Source of the DNA: Halodesulfurarchaeum sp.
Lineage (GTDB): Archaea > Halobacteriota > Halobacteria > Halobacteriales > Halobacteriaceae
NCBI GenBank assembly: GCA_034520565.1
Contig: JAXHNL010000002.1
Span: forward strand, 160,001 to 224,000
DNA: 64,000 nt
Direction of reading: 5' to 3'
The notes beneath the pieces were generated by a model. That model worked only from the letters and a program-made list of their open reading frames with translations, was not told the origin of the DNA and did no database searches. The translations under genes and the position numbers were made by a program. Shown piece by piece: positions 20,554 through 30,681 of the stretch (within the stretch, counting starts at the first letter, position 1; the number at the start of each line of letters is the position of its first letter).

Positions 20554-22017
20554 ATGAGTCTCGAATTCGATCTCGAAACACAGCAGACGCCGTATATCGA
20601 CCGCCTCGACGAGGAGGCGCGTGACGCCATCCACGAGGCCTCGATGTACATCATCGAAGAGCTGGGCATTCAGGTCAAACACGACGAAGCGGTCGAGTAC
20701 TTCGAGGAGGCCGGTGCGACAGTCGAAGACGAGTATCTCGTGAAGGCCGACCGCTCGTTGATCGAGGAGAACGTGGAGAAGGCCCCGGAGTCGTTTACCC
20801 TCCACGCCCGTAACCCCGAGAACAACCTCGAAATCGGCGGCGAGGACACCTTCCGCGCGCCGGGATACGGTGCCCCGAACATCCGGACCTTCGAGGACGG
20901 CCGGCGAAGCTCGACGGTCGCGGACTACGAGCTGTTCATGAAGCTGGCCCAGCAGGAAGACGTCATCAACTCGACCGGCTACAACGTGGCCGAGCCGACC
21001 GACGTCGACCAGGAGGTCAAACACCTCGAGATGGTCAAGCGGTCCCTCGAGTTCACCGACATGCCGGTCATGGTCTCGACCTACGGCCAGAACAGGACGG
21101 ATGCCAACCTCGAGATGGTGGGGATGGTCGTCGAGGATCCGGACCTCTCGAAGACGTATGCCGCCGGGTTGGTCAATACCGTCCCACCGCGGACCCTGGA
21201 CAGCGCGATGACCGGCGGGCTCGTCGGCCTCGCAAAGCAGGGCCAGGCGCCAGTCGTCTCCTCGTTCATCCAGGCCGGGGCATCCGGCCCGGGCACGATG
21301 GCCGGCGCGGTCGCGCTCGCGAACGCCGAAAACCTGATGGGTATCACTCTCGCACAGTTGATCAATCCCGGAAACCCCGTCGTCTACGGGGTGCCAGCCT
21401 CGAACCTCGACATGCGCTACGGTTCGCTCTCCATCGGCAGCGCCGAGTCCGCCCTCTTTGCGAACTTCGCCGGGACGATGGGTCGATACTACGGCGTCCC
21501 CGCGCGTGGCGGCGGCGGCCTGACCGACTCGAAGACGGTCGACTACCAGGCCGGGTTCGAGTCGATGCTGGTCAACATGGTCGCGGAGTTCTCCGGCGTC
21601 GACTTCATTCTGCACTCGGCCGGCATTATCGAATCCTACTCCACGATCTCTCCCGAGAAGTTCGTCCTCGACGCGGAAGCCATGCGCTTCCTCGACCGAT
21701 TCCAGGATGGCTACGTGATCAACGAGGAAATGCTCGCACTGGACATCGTCGAGAAGATCGACCCCGACGATCACTTCCTCGGCGAGTCCCACACCCTGAA
21801 GTTCGCTGGCAAGGACTTCCTCATCCCGGAACTCGTCGACAAGCGCTCCCACGGAGACTGGAAGGACGACGGCGAAAAGACCGCCTTCGAGATGGGCCAC
21901 GACAAGGTCCAGGAACACCTCGAGGCCTACAGCAAACCGGAACTCGACGAAGACATCCAGGCCGAACTCGACGCCTACGTCGAGGAGGAGGCCGCCCGAA
22001 TCATGGACGAGGCCTGA
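20554..22017 (+). CDS. MttB-superfamily methyltransferase without pyrrolysine (glycine betaine:corrinoid methyltransferase MtgB-like)
   Basis: IHEASMYIIEELGI, APESFTLHARNPE, PGTMAGAVALANAE, QLINPGNPVVYG, YYGVPARGGGGLTDSKTVDYQAGFES, HSAGIIES and HFLGESHT. No in-frame amber codon. Confidence 0.88.
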   Translation: MSLEFDLETQQTPYIDRLDEEARDAIHEASMYIIEELGIQVKHDEAVEYFEEAGATVEDEYLVKADRSLIEENVEKAPESFTLHARNPENNLEIGGEDTFRAPGYGAPNIRTFEDGRRSSTVADYELFMKLAQQEDVINSTGYNVAEPTDVDQEVKHLEMVKRSLEFTDMPVMVSTYGQNRTDANLEMVGMVVEDPDLSKTYAAGLVNTVPPRTLDSAMTGGLVGLAKQGQAPVVSSFIQAGASGPGTMAGAVALANAENLMGITLAQLINPGNPVVYGVPASNLDMRYGSLSIGSAESALFANFAGTMGRYYGVPARGGGGLTDSKTVDYQAGFESMLVNMVAEFSGVDFILHSAGIIESYSTISPEKFVLDAEAMRFLDRFQDGYVINEEMLALDIVEKIDPDDHFLGESHTLKFAGKDFLIPELVDKRSHGDWKDDGEKTAFEMGHDKVQEHLEAYSKPELDEDIQAELDAYVEEEAARIMDEA

Positions 22018-22411
22018 TCGGCACCGATCGGGAGATCACCTGTTCTTCGCGGTCTCGTCTCTATCGAAACGCCGAATGCAGCCATGGCTGAGTCCGACAA
22101 GACCGACCGGACGGGACAACCACAAATCCGCCCAATATATCAAGAATACTACTATCGGATAAAGGCCCGACCAGACGGGTCGGAAAACCGCTTTACGTCG
22201 GGACGGCGCTTCCGTCGAAAAATCCGCTCGTGAAGGAAACGGCCATTTCAGCCCGTGCTATGTTGTTACAAACCATATTCGAATCTCCGCACGGCTGGAC
22301 GGTGGTAATCGAACACGGCATCACAGCCGCCGAAACCTGGACGAACGGCCGTCGTCCTATCAAGCAAGATGAGTAGATTAATGTGGGGATGCGGCGAACT
22401 AACGTAGTGAT

Positions 22412-24115
22412 ATGTCCTCGGAACCAGAGACTGACTACGAGATCGCACAATCCGTAGACGAGAAACCGATTTGGGAGGTCACCGAACCCTTCGGGCTCGA
22501 CAAAGACGACCTCGAACTGTACGGTGACTACAAAGCCAAGATCAGCGAGGAGGCCATCGACGACCTCCTCGAGGGGGACAAGGAGGACGGTGACGTCATC
22601 CTCGTCACCGGCATGACGCCCACACCGATGGGCGAAGGGAAGACGGTGACCTCCGTCGGCCTGGGCCAGGCACTGAACCACATCGGCGAGGAGGCGATGA
22701 TCGCAATCCGCGAACCCTCGCTGGGCCCGGTCTTCGGAATCAAGGGCGGCGCGGCCGGCGGCGGCTGGTCGCAGGTCCTGCCAATGGAGGACATCAACCT
22801 CCACTTCACGGGCGACATTCACGCCCTGACGGCCGCTCACAACCTGATCTCGGCGATGCTCGACGCCCACATCTCGAAGGGCAACGAGCTCAACATCGAA
22901 ACGACGAGCGTCGCGTGGCCGCGCGCGGTCGACCACAACGACCGGGCCCTCCGCCAGACGATCGTCGGCGCCGGCGAATCCGCCGGTGTCACCCGGATGG
23001 ACGAGCACGTCCTCACCGCGGCCTCGGAACTGATGGCCATCCTCTGTCTCGCGGAGGACGTCGAGGACCTCAAAGAGCGCATCAGCCGCATCATCGTCGC
23101 CTACGACGAGGACGGCGACCCTGTCACGGCCGGGGACATCGAAGCCGCCGGCGCTTCGGCCATCCTGCTGCGGGACGCCCTCCGACCGAACGTCGTCCAG
23201 ACGATCGAGGGGACCCCCGCCCTGGTCCACGGCGGCCCGTTCGCGAACATCGCCCACGGAACGAACTCGCTGATCGCGGACTACGTCGGCAAGAAGATGG
23301 GCGATTACCTCGTCACCGAGGCCGGCTTCGGCTCCGCCCTCGGCGGGGAGAAGTTCCTCAACGTCGTGAGCCAGCTCGGCGACATCGAGCCAAGCACCAT
23401 CGTGCTGGTCGGCTCGGTCCGCGCCCTGAAGTACCACGGTCAGGACATGTGGCCCTTCGAGGGCCAGGAGGCCCTCCAGGAGGAGGACGTGGAAGCCGTC
23501 AAGGCCGGCTTCGAGAACCTCGACAAGCACGTCGAGAACCTCACGCAGTTCGGCCTGCCGGTCACCATCGCGATCAACCGCTTCCCCACGGACACGGACG
23601 CGGAGATCGACGCAGTTCGGGAGCACTACGAGGACGTGGACGACGTTCGCGTGGCCGAGTCCAACGTGTTCGGCGACGGTGGCGCGGGCGGCGTCGAACT
23701 GGCCGAGAAGGTCGTCGAGTCGATCGAGGAGTCCGAGGGCGAATTCCAGCCGCTCTACGACCTCGAGGACTCCCTGAAGGAGAAGATGGAGGCCGTTGCG
23801 ACCAAGATCTACGGTGCTGACGGCGTCAACTACGTCGGGAGCGCCGAGGAGGACATCGCCCAGCTCGAGGAGATGGGCCTGGATAACGTTCCGGTCGTCA
23901 TGTCCAAGACCTTCCACTCGCTCAGCGACGACCCGTCAAAGAAGGGCGCCCCCGAGGGCTGGACCCTCGACGTCCGCGAACTCTACCCCTCTGCAGGTGC
24001 CGGATTCGTCGTCGCACTCACCGGTGACGTCATGACCATGCCCGGCCTGCCTGCCCGGCCGGCCGCCGCCGACATGGACATCGAGCCCGACGGCACCATC
24101 TCCGGCCTGTTCTAG
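22412..24115 (+). CDS. fhs: Formate--tetrahydrofolate ligase
   Basis: TPTPMGEGKT, GIKGGAAGGGWSQV, INLHFTGD, HGGPFANIAHG and VMTMPGLP. Confidence 0.97.
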   Translation: MSSEPETDYEIAQSVDEKPIWEVTEPFGLDKDDLELYGDYKAKISEEAIDDLLEGDKEDGDVILVTGMTPTPMGEGKTVTSVGLGQALNHIGEEAMIAIREPSLGPVFGIKGGAAGGGWSQVLPMEDINLHFTGDIHALTAAHNLISAMLDAHISKGNELNIETTSVAWPRAVDHNDRALRQTIVGAGESAGVTRMDEHVLTAASELMAILCLAEDVEDLKERISRIIVAYDEDGDPVTAGDIEAAGASAILLRDALRPNVVQTIEGTPALVHGGPFANIAHGTNSLIADYVGKKMGDYLVTEAGFGSALGGEKFLNVVSQLGDIEPSTIVLVGSVRALKYHGQDMWPFEGQEALQEEDVEAVKAGFENLDKHVENLTQFGLPVTIAINRFPTDTDAEIDAVREHYEDVDDVRVAESNVFGDGGAGGVELAEKVVESIEESEGEFQPLYDLEDSLKEKMEAVATKIYGADGVNYVGSAEEDIAQLEEMGLDNVPVVMSKTFHSLSDDPSKKGAPEGWTLDVRELYPSAGAGFVVALTGDVMTMPGLPARPAAADMDIEPDGTISGLF

Positions 24116-24293
24116 GCCGCGTCGATATTGCTGCGGGTTTTCTCGTTTGCTGGTTTCGAGAGCCGGTTTTTCCAATTTCGTGCGGCCTGACCAAGCCCGC
24201 AGCCAGAGCCGGCGACAACCCCCCGCTGCCGAAGCTTATTAATCGTCTGACTCCAACTTCCGCCGAACCCGGGTCTCCGGGATTACACGTACC

Positions 24294-26366
24294 ATGAGCA
24301 CTGAGGACGATTCGGTCAAGACGATCTGTCCGTATTGTGGAGTCGGCTGTGGGCTCAAAATCGAACCGGGCGAGGAGCCCGGGTCGGTGAACTTCAAACC
24401 GTGGTTCGACGCGCCGGTCAACGAAGGCGCACTCTGTGTCAAGGGGAGTGCCGCCGTCCAGCACGTCGACCACGAGGACCGGCTTACAGAGCCACTCATC
24501 AAAGAGGACGGGGAGTTCCGCGAGGCGACGTGGGATGAGGCCATCGCTCGCGTCGTCGAGGAACTCGAATCCGTCCGCGAGGAATACGGCCCGACGGCGG
24601 CCGGCTTTTTCGCCTCCTCGCAGGTGATGAACGAGGAGAACTACCTGATGCAGAAGCTGGCCCGGCGATACGGATCGAACAATATCGACAACTGCACCCG
24701 ACTCTGTCACGCCTCCACCGTCGCCGCATTGCGGGACAGTCTCGGCACGGGCGCGATGACCAACAGCATGGCCGACCTAAAAGAATCCAGTGACGTCTAC
24801 TGGATCCAGGGGGCAAACCCGGCCGAGCAGCACGTCATCGGCCACTCGAAGTACTTCAAACAGGCCGCAAACGAGGGAACGACGGTCATCCAGGTGGACC
24901 CACACGAGAACAAGACCACGAAGTCCGCGGACGTCCACTTGCAGGTCAAGCCGGGAACGGACATCCCACTCTTGAACATCGTCCTGAAGACGATCCTCGA
25001 GGAGCAGCTGTACGACGAGGAGTTCATCGCGGAGCGAACGAAGGGCTTCGAGACCCTGGAAACCGAACTCGCGGACTTCGACGTCGAGGCGGCCGCCGAA
25101 ACCGCCGGCGTCGACGCCGAGGCGATCAAGGAAGCCGCCCGAACCTTTGCCGAAGCCGAGAACGGCGCCATCTTCACCGGGATGGGAATGAGCCAGAAGA
25201 CCTGTGGCACCGACAACGTCCAGAACCTCATCAACCTGGCCCTGATCACGGGCAATCTCGGCAAGCCGGGGACCGGAATCAACCCGCTTCGCGGGCAGAA
25301 CAACGTCCAGGGGACCAGCGACGTCGGGGCGCTTCCCAACGTCATGCCGGGGTATCGCGAGGTCGAGGATCCGGACGACAGAGCCGCCGTGGCCGACGTC
25401 TGGGGCTTCGAACCGCCAGCGAAAAACGGCCTGACCAGTCTCGAGGTGACAGAGGCGGCCGGCGAGGAGATCCAGGCCCTCTATGTCATGGGCGAAAATC
25501 CCGTCCTGAGCGATCCGAACTCGAATCACGTCGTCGAAAACCTCCAGGAACTGGAGTTCATGGTCACCCAGGACATCTTCATGACCGAGACCGCGAAGCT
25601 CGCGGATGTCGTCCTGCCGGCCACCTCGTGGGTCGAGCGCGGCGGGACGGTGACGAACACCGACCGCCGGGTCCAGCGCATGCGGGGGGCAGTCGACGTG
25701 CCAGGCAACACACGCCACGACTTCGACATCCTGAGCGAGATTGGCACCCGGATGTTCGGCGAGGGCTTCGACTTCGACGGTCCGGAGGCGGTCTTCGAGG
25801 AACTCCGCGAAGTCGCCCCCATCTACGCCGGCCTCACCTACGACCGGATCGGCGAAACGGGCATGCAGTGGCCGGTTGAAAGCGAGGAGGACGACGGGAC
25901 CCAGTACCTCCACAAAGAGGAGTTCCCCACGGAAGACGGCCTCGGGAAGATCCGGGGGGTTAGCCACCAGCCACCGGCCGAAGTCGAGGACGAGCAGTAC
26001 CCGCTGGTGCTCACGACCGGCCGCATCGAGGAACACTACAACACCGGCGAGATGAGCCGGCGCTCGGAGAACCTCATGCGGCAGACCGAGCACAACTTCA
26101 TCGACATTCACCCCGAAGACGCCGAAGCGCGGGGCATCGAGGACGGCGATATGGTCCAGTTGACGACCCGCCGTGGCGAAATCGACGTGGCCGCGAACGT
26201 AACCGAGGCCACCAAACGGGGAGTCGTCTGGACGACCCCACACTTCGAGGACTCGCCGACGAACCAGGTGACAAACGATGCGGTGGATCCGGTCGCAAAG
26301 ATCCCCGAGTTCAAGGTCGCGGCCGCGACGATCTCCGTCGACGTCGCAAATTCCGGTGCGGACTGA
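24294..26366 (+). CDS. fdhF: Formate dehydrogenase alpha subunit (FdhF type, Cys ligand), copy 2
   Basis: CPYCGVGC...LCVKG, NCTRLCHAST, PLRGQNNVQG and DPVAKIPEFK. No Tat signal. Confidence 0.9.
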   Translation: MSTEDDSVKTICPYCGVGCGLKIEPGEEPGSVNFKPWFDAPVNEGALCVKGSAAVQHVDHEDRLTEPLIKEDGEFREATWDEAIARVVEELESVREEYGPTAAGFFASSQVMNEENYLMQKLARRYGSNNIDNCTRLCHASTVAALRDSLGTGAMTNSMADLKESSDVYWIQGANPAEQHVIGHSKYFKQAANEGTTVIQVDPHENKTTKSADVHLQVKPGTDIPLLNIVLKTILEEQLYDEEFIAERTKGFETLETELADFDVEAAAETAGVDAEAIKEAARTFAEAENGAIFTGMGMSQKTCGTDNVQNLINLALITGNLGKPGTGINPLRGQNNVQGTSDVGALPNVMPGYREVEDPDDRAAVADVWGFEPPAKNGLTSLEVTEAAGEEIQALYVMGENPVLSDPNSNHVVENLQELEFMVTQDIFMTETAKLADVVLPATSWVERGGTVTNTDRRVQRMRGAVDVPGNTRHDFDILSEIGTRMFGEGFDFDGPEAVFEELREVAPIYAGLTYDRIGETGMQWPVESEEDDGTQYLHKEEFPTEDGLGKIRGVSHQPPAEVEDEQYPLVLTTGRIEEHYNTGEMSRRSENLMRQTEHNFIDIHPEDAEARGIEDGDMVQLTTRRGEIDVAANVTEATKRGVVWTTPHFEDSPTNQVTNDAVDPVAKIPEFKVAAATISVDVANSGAD

Positions 26367-26405
26367 GCCCAAAGGGTTAGTATACCCCTCTTCCAATCGG
26401 GAGAC

Positions 26406-26747
26406 ATGAGTGAGGTTCCGGACGCCATCGACAACGTCGACAACCGGTTTTTCAAACGGGGGATGGTGGTGGCCATCCTGTACGCGATCGTCGACGTCCT
26501 CATCCTGACCGTCGGTGGCCCGTTCGTGTTTTTCCGCCTGATCGGCGTGGTCGCCGCGTACTATGCGACTCGCGACATCATCGTGCTCAGGGAAGCCGGA
26601 CTGGAGTGGGGAAAGACGCGGTATGCGATCCTCGTGTTCGTGGGCATCGGGGGCTTTCTCGGCTATTTCTACTACGCATGGCGGCGAACGGTCCACCTCA
26701 GGGGAATCGAAATCGAGCCCGAAGCGGAATCGACCGAGGAGAAATAA
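26406..26747 (+). CDS. Hypothetical membrane protein
   Basis: Three hydrophobic segments, acidic tail and host-like codon usage. Confidence 0.7.
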   Translation: MSEVPDAIDNVDNRFFKRGMVVAILYAIVDVLILTVGGPFVFFRLIGVVAAYYATRDIIVLREAGLEWGKTRYAILVFVGIGGFLGYFYYAWRRTVHLRGIEIEPEAESTEEK

Positions 26748-26748
26748 C

Positions 26749-27477
26749 TCAGTCCCGAATTTCGACCAGCGGCTCCGCCGAATCGATGAGCCGCGCCAGG
26801 GCGACTCGCTCGGCGCGACTCCACTCGAGCACCCGGTCGGCGATCCCTCGGGCCGTCGCCAGATCGTCCTCGTCGTCGACCTTGTTGAGCACCGGCACGT
26901 ACTCGGCCGAACCGGGAACGTGCTTCTCGGTTCCCTCGGGGCTGGAAAGCACGGTCGCCACGTCCTCGACCCCGATCGTCTCCCCACGCTCGAGGCCGGT
27001 CAGGGCCGTGACTCGCTCCGGGCGGTGGACGAACTCCTCGGTCAGCGGCTTTCCCACGACGTGGGTGCTGACCAGTCCCAACACGCGATCCGCCCCCGGG
27101 GGAATTCGGGGCTCGTCCTCGCCCGGCGCTTTGAACTCGCGGTTTCGGGCCCCGTCAGCTTTGACCAGGACGGCGTCCGGAACCGGACTCGCAGCGATTT
27201 CCTCGATGGCTTCCAGGTCGTACCCGAGATACCGGGCCTCCTCGAACCCGGGAACCAGTCCGACGGGCCACTCCTCGACGAACGGCAGGACCGAGACCGG
27301 ATCTGCGGTCTCGTGCAGTTCGGCGACGTGTTCGTCAAATCGCGGAATGCGGACGGCCGTCGTGACCACGGCGCGATCGAGTTCGTTCCCGACGGTGTAC
27401 AGCGTGCTCTTCTTGCCGCCGGCACCGACCACGGCGGTCAGCCCCGAATCGAGGCCGAGTTCCGTGACGTACTCCAT
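26749..27477 (-). CDS. yqeC: YqeC-family accessory protein (associated with selenium-dependent molybdenum hydroxylases)
   Basis: AVVGAGGKKSTL, VTTAV, VLVKADGARNREFKAPGEDEPRIP, VHRPE and LNKVD. Confidence 0.8.
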   Translation of the reverse strand: MEYVTELGLDSGLTAVVGAGGKKSTLYTVGNELDRAVVTTAVRIPRFDEHVAELHETADPVSVLPFVEEWPVGLVPGFEEARYLGYDLEAIEEIAASPVPDAVLVKADGARNREFKAPGEDEPRIPPGADRVLGLVSTHVVGKPLTEEFVHRPERVTALTGLERGETIGVEDVATVLSSPEGTEKHVPGSAEYVPVLNKVDDEDDLATARGIADRVLEWSRAERVALARLIDSAEPLVEIRD

Positions 27478-27533
27478 GGGCCTGCTATCGCGGGCTGGCC
27501 AATAAGCCCCCCGACAGCCGCGACCCGAACTGA

Positions 27534-28490
27534 TTATTCGCTCTCGACGGCGATGAGACTGCCGACCGATTCCCCCTCCATCACCGTCGACCCGCGCTTG
27601 AGCGAGAGTAACATCCCGTCCCGGCCCGCGGTGACGGTCTGTAAGCGCTCGTAACTGGTCGGGTCGAAGACCTCGCCGATCTCGGTCCCCGCCTCGAGGT
27701 GATCGCCCACGGAGACGGCGTTCGAGCGGAAGAGCCCCGACTCCTCGGCGAAGATGGCGGTCTTGTCCCGCCCCACCGTCGGGTTCGTTTGCTCGACCGG
27801 CAGGTCCAGGACGTCGAGTTCGGCGAGGACGTTCTCGATCCCGGCGACGCCGGTCTCGACGGCGGACTCGACGATCTCCCGGCTGTGAGCGAGTTCCGGC
27901 GTGATGGCCGGAATCCCCGCCGCCGCGGCAACCTCCCGAAGCTTGCCCTGCTCGCCGGTTTCGGAATCGACACCCGAGCCCTCCGCGACGAGCAGGTCGA
28001 CGCCGAAGGCGTCGGCCAGTTCGCGCGAGCGGGTATCCTCCGGGGTGAATCGGGTGTGCGAACACATGTAGGGGCCGCCCGTGTGAAGATCGACGATGGC
28101 GTCGGCCCCCATCGCCCGGTCCCAGAGACTGTCGACGAGCCGTTCCATGAGCGTTCCATCAGGATCGCCCGGCCAGAGCCGGTTCATGTTCGAGTTGATC
28201 GCGTCCAGCCGCGTCGGGGCCATGTAGACCCGATGATCGAAGGCAAAGGGATTCGCGACCGGGACCGCGAGCACCTCCCCGGCAAGCGGGCGACCCGCGA
28301 GCCGGTCGTGAAGCCGCCTGAGCACGGCCGCCCCGTTCACTTCGCCCCCGTGCTGGAGCGCTTGGAGGTAGACAGTGGGACCCGGTTCCACACCCCGGTA
28401 CCGGTGGAGGAGCGTCTCGACCGTGCGCCCGGAGGGCAGTCGGGCAAGCGGCACCGATTCGACGGTGTGCGTGCGAGTCCGGTCGGGCAT
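27534..28490 (-). CDS. Succinylglutamate desuccinylase/aspartoacylase-family deacylase
   Basis: QHGGEVNG, VPVANPFAF, NMNRLWPG, VDLHTG and a C-terminal biotinyl-like domain. Confidence 0.85.
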   Translation of the reverse strand: MPDRTRTHTVESVPLARLPSGRTVETLLHRYRGVEPGPTVYLQALQHGGEVNGAAVLRRLHDRLAGRPLAGEVLAVPVANPFAFDHRVYMAPTRLDAINSNMNRLWPGDPDGTLMERLVDSLWDRAMGADAIVDLHTGGPYMCSHTRFTPEDTRSRELADAFGVDLLVAEGSGVDSETGEQGKLREVAAAAGIPAITPELAHSREIVESAVETGVAGIENVLAELDVLDLPVEQTNPTVGRDKTAIFAEESGLFRSNAVSVGDHLEAGTEIGEVFDPTSYERLQTVTAGRDGMLLSLKRGSTVMEGESVGSLIAVESE

Positions 28491-28649
28491 GGCCAAGAGT
28501 CGACTGCCAACCGCCTTGAACGTTCATATCCGACAGTTCGATCGCCCAGTGGGCCATCGAGCCGAATCCCGCAGTCACGAACTGATACGGGCCAAAACGA
28601 CTTCGTTCAATTACCTTTTGTATCGTCATCGTGTACCACGGGCATACAC

Positions 28650-30602
28650 ATGACCGAGGAGTCGCAGGTTACGTTCTATCCCTGGAAGAAGACGATCGAC
28701 GTGAAGCCCGATACGACCCTTCTCGATGCAGCCGAAAACGCAGGGGTGAGCATCGAAGGGCTCTGTGCCGGTAACGGCCGCTGTGGGACGTGCAAGGCGA
28801 TCATCGGCGAGGGGGATGAGTACCTCTCCCCGGTCACCAAGGCAGAAGAGCAGACACTCTCCACCAAACAGCTCGAGGACGGCTACCGTCTGACCTGTCG
28901 CGCGAAGATGGCCGAATCCGGCTCGGTCGACGTGACCGTTCCACCGGACTCCCAGAAGACCGCTGGCATCGTGCTCACGGAGGGCCACGAACTCGAGTAC
29001 GCCATCGATCCCGTCGTCAAGAAGTACCACGTGGATCTGCCGCTCCCGTCGCTATCGGACAACCTCGCGGACTACGAGCGGATCGGGGAGGCCCTCGAAA
29101 GGACCTACGACCTCGAACTGGAAGCCGTGGACTACGAGGCCCAACGGGAACTCCCGAACCGGATGCGCGAACGGGAGAGCGAGGACCGCCTGGAGGCCAC
29201 CGCAACCGTCTACGACGGAAGGGAACTCATCGACGTCGAGCCCGGGCTCTCCGAGACCGCCTACGGGCTGGCCATCGACCTGGGCACGACCACCGTCGCG
29301 ACGTACCTCGTGAACCTGAAAAACGGGGAAACCGAGGCGGTCAGCTCGCAACTCAACCCCCAGACGAAGCAGGGCGGGGACATCATGACTCGAATGCGGT
29401 ACACGCGCCGGAACGACGACGGTCGGGAGGAACTCAAAGCGGAAATCCGGGACGGGATCAACGAGACCATCGAGGAGGTCGTCACCGAGGCCGACATCGA
29501 GCGCGAGAACATCTACGAGAGCGTCTTCGTGGGCAACACGGCGATGCATCACCTCTTCTTGGGCATCGATCCAGCCTACGTGGCCGGCTCCCCCTACGTG
29601 GCCGCTCGGGAAGCCCCGATCGAGGTCAAGGCCCGCGAACTCGGCATCGACATCAACGAGTCCGGATACGTGTACTGGCTCCCGGTCAGCGGCGGATGGG
29701 TCGGCCCGGACAAGGTATCCGTGCTCTTGGTCGCCGGCCACTACAAGGAGGAGCCGACCACGGTCTGCATCGACATCGGAACGAACGGCGAGATTTCGGT
29801 GGGCAACGAGGACGAAATGCTCGTCACCTCCGCGCCGGCCGGCCCGGCCCTCGAGGGCGCGGAACTCCGATACGGGGTCCGCGCGCAGGCCGGCGCGATC
29901 GAGACGTTGTGGATCGATCCGGAGACGCTCGAGCCCGAGTACGAGACCATCGATGACGAGCCGCCCAACGGTATTACGGGGTCGGGCGTGATCGACGCGC
30001 TGGCCCAGCTGTTCGAGGTCGGCATCGTCGACCAGCGCGGGAAGTTCCGCGAGGAGGTGCTCGACCATCCACGGGTTCGCGAGAACGACGACGGGGAACT
30101 CGAGTACGTCGTCGCACCCGAGGCGGAGGCCGCCCTCGCGGAGGACATCGTGCTCACCCAGAACGACATTCGCTCGATCCAGATGGCCAAGGCCGCGATC
30201 CAGGCCGGGACCCGCGTGCTCATGAGCGAACTCGACATCGACAACCCGGACCGGGTGCTCATGGCCGGGGCCTTCGGGAACTACATCGATAAAATCTCCG
30301 CGATGACGATCGGCATGTACCCGGATATCGACCCCGACGACGTGATCTCACTCGGGAACGCCGCGGGCGTCGGCGCCAAACTCGCCCTGCTCGATAAAGA
30401 GCGACGGGCCGAGGCCGTCAGGATCGTCGACGAGGTGGAGTACTTCGAAATCGCCGGCACGGACGTCTTCCAGGAGAACTTCATGGAGTCGATGTATCTC
30501 CCTCACCAGGACTTCGACCTCTACCCGCACGTCAAAGAGCGGGTACAGAAGAGCCGGGAACTCGAGGCGGCACGGCTCGAGGCAGCTGAATCGGAGGACT
30601 GA
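28650..30602 (+). CDS. ASKHA-domain reductive activator of corrinoid proteins (RACo type) with N-terminal 2Fe-2S
   Basis: CAGNGRCGTC...RLTC ferredoxin domain, AIDLGTTT, VGNTAMHHLFLG, DIGTNGEI, AGPALEG, DIRSIQMAKAAI, AGAFGNYI and GNAAGVGA. Confidence 0.9.
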   Translation: MTEESQVTFYPWKKTIDVKPDTTLLDAAENAGVSIEGLCAGNGRCGTCKAIIGEGDEYLSPVTKAEEQTLSTKQLEDGYRLTCRAKMAESGSVDVTVPPDSQKTAGIVLTEGHELEYAIDPVVKKYHVDLPLPSLSDNLADYERIGEALERTYDLELEAVDYEAQRELPNRMRERESEDRLEATATVYDGRELIDVEPGLSETAYGLAIDLGTTTVATYLVNLKNGETEAVSSQLNPQTKQGGDIMTRMRYTRRNDDGREELKAEIRDGINETIEEVVTEADIERENIYESVFVGNTAMHHLFLGIDPAYVAGSPYVAAREAPIEVKARELGIDINESGYVYWLPVSGGWVGPDKVSVLLVAGHYKEEPTTVCIDIGTNGEISVGNEDEMLVTSAPAGPALEGAELRYGVRAQAGAIETLWIDPETLEPEYETIDDEPPNGITGSGVIDALAQLFEVGIVDQRGKFREEVLDHPRVRENDDGELEYVVAPEAEAALAEDIVLTQNDIRSIQMAKAAIQAGTRVLMSELDIDNPDRVLMAGAFGNYIDKISAMTIGMYPDIDPDDVISLGNAAGVGAKLALLDKERRAEAVRIVDEVEYFEIAGTDVFQENFMESMYLPHQDFDLYPHVKERVQKSRELEAARLEAAESED

Positions 30603-30681
30603 CCGACCGGGAACGGTTCCACGACCGGGCGGCCCGGAGGATTGTGCCGAAAAATTCCACGTTCGAGGGGACCCGACGACG

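Noticed and set aside
17953-26366. Selenocysteine or pyrrolysine recoding in the Fdh or MttB genes
   Set aside because: Both Fdh active sites encode Cys (RLCH), and the MttB homolog has no in-frame TAG.
8566-26987. Long antisense or alternate-frame ORFs (e.g. 8566..10584 +, 20518..21918 -, 22193..23917 -, 24777..26987 -)
   Set aside because: These are shadows of real genes caused by high-GC codon bias. They have no motifs and lack the acidic haloarchaeal composition.
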